Positions 46,703 to 52,175 of a DNA stretch of 52,175 bases are shown one piece after another. The stretch's first letter is position 1. Each line of letters opens with the position of its first letter. The DNA comes from Candidatus Woesebacteria bacterium RIFCSPLOWO2_01_FULL_44_24b. Its GTDB lineage: Bacteria; Patescibacteriota; Microgenomatia; UBA8517. The notes beneath the pieces were generated by a model, which saw only the letters and a program-made list of their open reading frames with translations, had not been told where the DNA came from and made no database searches. Made by a program: the position numbers and the translations under genes. The stretch lies in NCBI GenBank assembly GCA_001793235.1, contig MGHM01000015.1:1-52175 (forward strand), in the 5' to 3' direction.

Positions 46703-48012
46703 ACAACCTTAAGGTCCCCCACCTGATTGGTGCCACTTTCAGTATAGCCAGCCAGCACCACTTCATCAACCGGTCCACTGGTGATTGCCCCTACTCTGGT
46801 GGCGCCTTCGGGAATCTCACGAATGATGTCGCCTGGCCCCATTAACGCGGTACCAACAAAGAAAGGAAGCTCTCCATCCCCAGAAATATAAATTGGTCCG
46901 CCGATTCCGTAATATTTGGTCTCCCACAAGTGATGAGAGGTTGAGTTCCAGTTAATTAAATAATCTCCGAGCTGCAGGTTTTCTTTGACGACTTGGGCGA
47001 ACTCACGGAAAGGCCGCTTTACCGGGTGAGTAAAGTAATGGAAGTCGATAATAAGAAATAGCCCTAGAGTCAAGACAATGGCAATGTTAGAAATCAGTTT
47101 CCTTTTGTTTGAGCCCAAAAGGAGCATCCCGGCTGGGATTGTGGTGATTAGGTACCGGTCAAAGAAAATAGGCGTGAAGACCTGCGAAATTGCCCAAGTC
47201 GTAACAAGTGGCACCAAAAACCAACTTACTAAAAACAAGTTTTTCTTGATGTCTTTTTCCCATGCGCGAAGGGCGAGGCCGGCGAGAGCTGCATATAGTG
47301 CGTAATTGCCAAAGGGGTGTTTGATGCCGTTTCCCAAGTAATTGAATATTAAATTTGAAAGATCACGGATTGATGGCTTCCCTAGCCAGAATCCACCCCC
47401 AACCATCTTGGTTTGGTTGTACAGTGGGATAATCCATGGGATATATAAAATTCCAACCAGGATGAATCCTTTTAGAATTACCAAGGATTTTTTCCTGTTA
47501 CCCAGAAACTGGAAAGCAAACCATGCGCCTTGGACAAAAAGCGCAAACATGGCAAAGTGGTGAGAGTAAAGCGCCCAAGTGGTGGCCAAAACATAGCCAG
47601 CTAGAATTTTATTATTCTGTTTTTTATCAAATATGAGCCTTAAGAAAAAATACATCGAGGCGGTAACACCAAGGGTAAGAATGGAGTACATCCGGCCTTC
47701 AAAGGCGTAAACGAAGAAAAAGGGATTGAAAAATGCCAATGTCGCGGTTAAGAAGCCGGTTTTTTTGTTCCACAAGTACTCCCCGATTTTGAAAACAAAA
47801 AATATTGCAATTGAGTAATACAAAAAAGACAAACTTCTAATGGCTATTTCACTGGTGCCGAAAACACTAAACCACAAGTGCTCGGTGATGTTATATAAAG
47901 GAGGCGACGTGTCCCGCGCGACTATGGAGATGATTTCCGGGATGGACTTCATTGAAAGAATGGCAGAAAATCCTTCGTCTCCCCAAATTGAAGCAGTAAA
48001 TTGGTTTTCCAC
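46678..48012 (-). CDS. GT-C fold (GT39/PMT-like) glycosyltransferase, GTG start
   Basis: SIWGDE, DTSPPLY, RSLS, EGRMY, FFDRY. Confidence 0.8.
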   Translation of the reverse strand: MENQFTASIWGDEGFSAILSMKSIPEIISIVARDTSPPLYNITEHLWFSVFGTSEIAIRSLSFLYYSIAIFFVFKIGEYLWNKKTGFLTATLAFFNPFFFVYAFEGRMYSILTLGVTASMYFFLRLIFDKKQNNKILAGYVLATTWALYSHHFAMFALFVQGAWFAFQFLGNRKKSLVILKGFILVGILYIPWIIPLYNQTKMVGGGFWLGKPSIRDLSNLIFNYLGNGIKHPFGNYALYAALAGLALRAWEKDIKKNLFLVSWFLVPLVTTWAISQVFTPIFFDRYLITTIPAGMLLLGSNKRKLISNIAIVLTLGLFLIIDFHYFTHPVKRPFREFAQVVKENLQLGDYLINWNSTSHHLWETKYYGIGGPIYISGDGELPFFVGTALMGPGDIIREIPEGATRVGAITSGPVDEVVLAGYTESGTNQVGDLKVVWLKRIKY

Positions 48013-48049
48013 AGTACCTCATAGTAACAAAATTTGTTAAAGTAACTCA

Positions 48050-48643
48050 ATGACACATTTCATGACCGTTGCCTTTCATCTCCTGGTTGCAATAGTGGTT
48101 CCGGTTCTTGTGTTGGTTTTGGTAAAGAATAAATACAGATTTTATATTTTTACTTCTTCACTTGTGTTTATCTATCTTTCGGTCAAAACTTTGGGCTTAA
48201 GTTTGGCTGATTTGGGTATTAAAAAAGAGCAGATAGCAACTTCTTGGTCAATAGGCTTTTTCTTTTTTGTGACAGTTTTGGTATTTTTGATTTTTAACCT
48301 AGACAGGAAAAATATTAATAAACTTAAGGTCAATCACCTTTCAAAATCTCTGAACCCTTGGCAGTATGTTCTGATAGGAATTCCCGTTCAGCAACTAATT
48401 TGTTTTGGATATACTTTTGCTTTGTTAAGCACCATAACCAATAGCCCCTTGGTGATTGCCATGGTGTCAGGAACGTTGTTTGGCTTAATGCATGTGCCTT
48501 TCAGAAATACTTATCTCTTCGTCGCAACCTTATTAGTCGGGCTAATTAGTGGATATTTTTATGCCAATTCTTCGAATTTATTTGTTGGGATTTTTTACCA
48601 CGAAGTTGTGGGAATATCTCTTCTGAAGAGATTGGAGATGTAG
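48050..48643 (+). CDS. CPBP (CAAX protease/Abi) family intramembrane protein
   Basis: Multi-TM; PVQQLICFGY (QQ where EExxxR is usual), FGLMH, IFYH. Confidence 0.65.
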   Translation: MTHFMTVAFHLLVAIVVPVLVLVLVKNKYRFYIFTSSLVFIYLSVKTLGLSLADLGIKKEQIATSWSIGFFFFVTVLVFLIFNLDRKNINKLKVNHLSKSLNPWQYVLIGIPVQQLICFGYTFALLSTITNSPLVIAMVSGTLFGLMHVPFRNTYLFVATLLVGLISGYFYANSSNLFVGIFYHEVVGISLLKRLEM

Positions 48644-48664
48644 GATGTGTGGTAAAATATAGCC

Positions 48665-48895
48665 ATGAAGCCAATAGACAGAAGACCGGTTCAGAGAAAG
48701 TATCCCGGCAAGTGGGTGGCGTTTGATAAGGATAGAATGACCGTGAAGGGTGTGGGCGGTACTCCAATGGAGGCAAACGAGGAAGCTAAAAAGGCTGGAA
48801 TTAAACTACCAATCCTGTTTAGAGTGCCAGATCCAAACGACCCCGCAATATTTATAGGCAGCATTTGGAATGAAATTTCCTTACGTCGAGTTTGA
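48665..48895 (+). CDS. DUF5678-like small protein
   Basis: KYPGKWVAF...GVGGTPMEANEEA...PILFRVP. Confidence 0.75.
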   Translation: MKPIDRRPVQRKYPGKWVAFDKDRMTVKGVGGTPMEANEEAKKAGIKLPILFRVPDPNDPAIFIGSIWNEISLRRV

Positions 48896-49286
48896 ATCAA
48901 GGTTAAAGTTTAAAAGTCCCCGGAAGAGGATAATTTACCGCCCTATAATTCCTATTATCCTTCTTTATGAGAAAAGCATGATTCTGTACGATTGTTTAAT
49001 AGATTCCGGCGCCGATCAATGCGTTTTTGATTCTAACGTGGCGGACGCCTTAAGAATAAATCTGAAGTCTGGTAAAAGAAAACCCCTCAAAGGGATTGAG
49101 GGAACAGGGATAATAGGATACGAACACACCATTAACTTGAGAGTGGTCGGTAAAAACTTTAACACTAAAGTTTTGTTCTCAGGCGACATCTTGCCCAATT
49201 CCTACGGTGTTCTGGGAACTCGTGGATTCTTTGACAACTTTGACGTAAATTTCCGCTATAGGGAAAAGTATTTTGAAGTTTTCTAG
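48870..49286 (+). CDS. Retropepsin-like aspartic protease
   Basis: RPIIPI, LIDSGAD (DSG), GVLGTRGFF. Confidence 0.85.
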   Translation: MKFPYVEFESRLKFKSPRKRIIYRPIIPIILLYEKSMILYDCLIDSGADQCVFDSNVADALRINLKSGKRKPLKGIEGTGIIGYEHTINLRVVGKNFNTKVLFSGDILPNSYGVLGTRGFFDNFDVNFRYREKYFEVF

Positions 49287-50782
49287 ACTTTCTCGGTAAC
49301 CCTGTACTCAATATATTTGCCCAACATGAGTCTTGTGTGAGCATCAAGGCCAGGAAGCGCTCCAAAGATGAAGCCCGCAATTGGCATAAGAACAAACTCC
49401 AGAGGGAAAAGTATTGCCCGCCAGAGGGGGAAGTTTTTCGGCCGCTTGGGCTTGTAAATTCTGTCCAATACTAGCATGACTATCAAAAATCCAAGAGCAA
49501 GGGTTAATACAAATGACGATATTTTGGGCACGGTGTAGCCAAGGGTGGTTCTCCCGAACGCGGGGTTAATTACAGTCGGGAGCGTCAGCCCGATTGTAAT
49601 AATAAACCAGTTGACCGGCCACATAAAGTGCTGCCAGAGAACCGTAATAAGGCGCGTGGTTTTATCCCAAAAGGGCACTCCGGGTACAAACAAATAATTT
49701 TTAATAATCCAGGGAGTGTCACTGACTCCCCAGGCCCAGCGCTTTTGTTGTTGGTACTGGCTTCTGAAAGTTTTAATGAGCGTGGTTGACTGGACCGCAT
49801 CTGCAAAAAGAGGGAGATAAATTGGTTCCACTTCAATTCCTCCTCTTTTTATGTAAAAGGCCTTGAAAAATATTCCCCAGTCTTCCGGGATTTTGTCCGG
49901 GTCCCAATAGCCCGCCTCATCGAGGAGCTTAAACGAGAGCGAATAATTTTGGCCGTTTATCAGGCGGTCCCGGCGAGGAAGCTGAGACAAGTTCCAGATG
50001 GAGCTTAAAGTTGACTGGACCCGGGTGATTGCTGGCAAGTCCCAGATGTTGTTGTAAAACATGACCGCGGGCTGCCAGAAGAAAGTGTATCTCTTGGGGT
50101 TATCGAGAAACTTAAATGTCAAATATGCAAAATGTTTTTTGTGGTATACGTGGTCCGCGTCACATGAGGTTACTGTCATGTAGTTAATGTCGTATTTACC
50201 GCTATCAATAAGTGCCTTTTTTACTTCAAGTGCGGCAAAGCGCTCGTTACTGGACTTGCCAATTATTTCGCCCTCGATGAGATTGTGGACAGTAACTATG
50301 AAATTGCCGAATACTGCGCCATACTTCTTTTTTAATATTCTTACTTTTTCTTCCCGCTCCGCTTTTGGCGCGCGGCCCTCGGTGGCCAAAACCACAGTCA
50401 GCAATTTACTTGGCAAATCTTGCTCGGTAAGAGAGCTGATGGTTCGCTCTAAAACATGCAAAGGTTCGCGGTATGTGGAAATAATAATGACGTGTTGAAC
50501 ACGTTCCCAGTCTGGGAAGCTTTCAAGGTCAGCCACCCAGTCGTATTTCATGGATGCTTGAATTCTAAAGTGAGAAAGAGTGGCGCTAAGCGCGATTTGA
50601 AACGACTGGTAAAACCAGTAAATGTTAAACAGAAGAACAAAGTAAGCAACTATGTTGGGTATTACAAATATTCCCCAGTAAGGGAAGAAGATCAAATTCC
50701 AACTGAAAAGGCCGGGAAGAATTTCCAACAGTCTGTAAAAAAAATGGTAGTGCTTGACTACGAACTTTCGAACAATTGTCAT
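49283..50782 (-). CDS. GT2-family membrane glycosyltransferase
   Basis: CDAD (DxD), IPED, QQKRW (QxxRW); TM helices at both ends. Confidence 0.85.
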   Translation of the reverse strand: MTIVRKFVVKHYHFFYRLLEILPGLFSWNLIFFPYWGIFVIPNIVAYFVLLFNIYWFYQSFQIALSATLSHFRIQASMKYDWVADLESFPDWERVQHVIIISTYREPLHVLERTISSLTEQDLPSKLLTVVLATEGRAPKAEREEKVRILKKKYGAVFGNFIVTVHNLIEGEIIGKSSNERFAALEVKKALIDSGKYDINYMTVTSCDADHVYHKKHFAYLTFKFLDNPKRYTFFWQPAVMFYNNIWDLPAITRVQSTLSSIWNLSQLPRRDRLINGQNYSLSFKLLDEAGYWDPDKIPEDWGIFFKAFYIKRGGIEVEPIYLPLFADAVQSTTLIKTFRSQYQQQKRWAWGVSDTPWIIKNYLFVPGVPFWDKTTRLITVLWQHFMWPVNWFIITIGLTLPTVINPAFGRTTLGYTVPKISSFVLTLALGFLIVMLVLDRIYKPKRPKNFPLWRAILFPLEFVLMPIAGFIFGALPGLDAHTRLMLGKYIEYRVTEKV

Positions 50783-52167
50783 ATGCGGGGAAAGAGGGGT
50801 TCTCCACTTTTTATATTAGCACTATTAAATTGGTCTTGGATTTTTTTGGCTGTTGCAGGTAAGAAGGGAGACAAGTAATAAGAAATAAGCTTTAGTTCCT
50901 CAATTGCGGTCTCCAAAATGTCAAATAGCTCCTCACCCTCCTTTTCCCAAGGTTTGGCTTCACTAAGGTATTGGTCGGTGTGGGCCACATGTTCCCAGAT
51001 TTTGGTTAAAGCCTCATCGGGGCGGAAGCGCTCCATTGCGTGCTCAATATGTTTATCTCTTTTTGGTTTTTCTTTCGAAAAAGGCTTATCAACTTTCTGA
51101 CAAAGGGCAGCCACGCGGGCCACCAGATTTCCCAGTCCATTGGCAAGATCTGCATTGTAAGCCACTCTTAATTTTTCAATGGTAATGTTAACATCATTCA
51201 CAATTGGTCCGTAACGAAGGAAAAAATAACGAATTGCATCTACTCCGAATTGTTTTACCAAATCACTCGGGAGGATGACATTGCCCAATGACTTACTGAT
51301 TTTCTGGCCGTTGAGGCTAAAAAAATCATGAACAAGAATTGTTTTTGGTAAAGGAAGATCGACCGACTTGAGCATTGCCGGCCAGTAAATTGCGTGGAAA
51401 CGTTGATTGTCCTTGCCTAAAACATGAACATCAGCCGGCCAAGCACCGACTTCTTTGCCATAAGTGTAGTAATTAATAAGCGCGTCAAACCAAACATAAA
51501 TGGTATGCTTAGGATTGCCCGGAATGGGAATCCCCCAGGAAACGTTCTGACGGCTTACTGAAAAATCTTTTAGCCCATGTTTAATAAATGAAAGTATTTC
51601 GTTTCTTTTGCTCTCCGGTTGTATAAATTCAGGATGGCTTGCAATGTGCTCTTCAAGAAACTTCTGATATTTTGAAAGACGGAAAAAGTAGTTTTCTTCA
51701 GAGATCTTTTGGATTTCCTTGTTGGGGTGAAAAGGGCAATGGCCATCTATCAGGTCTTTTTCTTCATAATAAGCCTCGCACCCTTCGCAATAAAGTCCTT
51801 CATATTTATCTAAATAAATGTCTCCGTTTTCTTTTGATTTTGTATAAAACTCCTGTGCCACTTTTTTGTGGTCTTCGTCCGTGGTTCTAATAAATCTGTC
51901 ATAGGAAATGTCCAGCGTATCCCACTCATTTTTATCTTTTTCGGCTATGCCATCGACAAACTTCTTAGGATCTATGCCATGCTCTTTAGCGCTTTTTTCG
52001 ACCTTTTGCCCATGTTCGTCCGTGCCTGTCAGGAAATATACTTTATCTCCAAGCAAGCGGTGGTATCTAGCCAAACAATCTGCCAATATCTTTTGGTAAG
52101 AATGGCCGATATGAATTACGTCGTTAGTGTAATCAATGGCGGTGGTGATAAAAAATTTCTTCTGCAT
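50779..52167 (-). CDS. metG: Methionine--tRNA ligase, short form (no C-terminal dimerisation domain)
   Basis: HIGH, TGTDEHG, CEGCE..CPFH knuckle, YVWFDAL, KISKSLGN. Confidence 0.96.
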   Translation of the reverse strand: MQKKFFITTAIDYTNDVIHIGHSYQKILADCLARYHRLLGDKVYFLTGTDEHGQKVEKSAKEHGIDPKKFVDGIAEKDKNEWDTLDISYDRFIRTTDEDHKKVAQEFYTKSKENGDIYLDKYEGLYCEGCEAYYEEKDLIDGHCPFHPNKEIQKISEENYFFRLSKYQKFLEEHIASHPEFIQPESKRNEILSFIKHGLKDFSVSRQNVSWGIPIPGNPKHTIYVWFDALINYYTYGKEVGAWPADVHVLGKDNQRFHAIYWPAMLKSVDLPLPKTILVHDFFSLNGQKISKSLGNVILPSDLVKQFGVDAIRYFFLRYGPIVNDVNITIEKLRVAYNADLANGLGNLVARVAALCQKVDKPFSKEKPKRDKHIEHAMERFRPDEALTKIWEHVAHTDQYLSEAKPWEKEGEELFDILETAIEELKLISYYLSPFLPATAKKIQDQFNSANIKSGEPLFPRI

Positions 52168-52175
52168 GAGCGTAT

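Noticed and set aside
1-52175. CRISPR array, rRNA, IS transposase, or TGA recoding (code 25)
   Set aside because: No repeat-spacer periodicity, rRNA or transposase motifs; conserved genes such as rpmH, yidC and jag end at TGA.

Overview
Chromosomal origin region of a small-genome bacterium, most likely Patescibacteria/CPR (Microgenomates-like). This is an inference from the compact ValRS/MetRS, the PrgI-VirB4 locus, the DUF4012 gene and pervasive leaderless-type promoters; TGA is a stop codon here (code 11). Left to right: an AbiEi/AbiEii type IV toxin-antitoxin pair; a T4SS-like locus (VirB6-like, PrgI, VirB4) interrupted by an 883-aa orphan gene and an MntA/HepT pair; dnaN, oriC (DnaA boxes plus DnaA-trios) and dnaA; rpmH-rnpA-yidD-yidC-jag; rnhA, rplY, valS, tsaD, groES/groEL; the transformation genes comM-yraN-dprA; galU, tRNA-Cys, a surface glycosylation cluster and metG. 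The strongest candidate for an undescribed system is a family of degenerate 7-nt (and 8-nt) tandem arrays. Two inverted heptamer arrays exactly bracket a four-helix-bundle gene (25060-25513). An 'empty' two-arm version sits in frame inside another gene (29394-29470). Single arms lie in frame inside valS and tsaD and in an intergenic region. All matches were read by eye; no searches were run.
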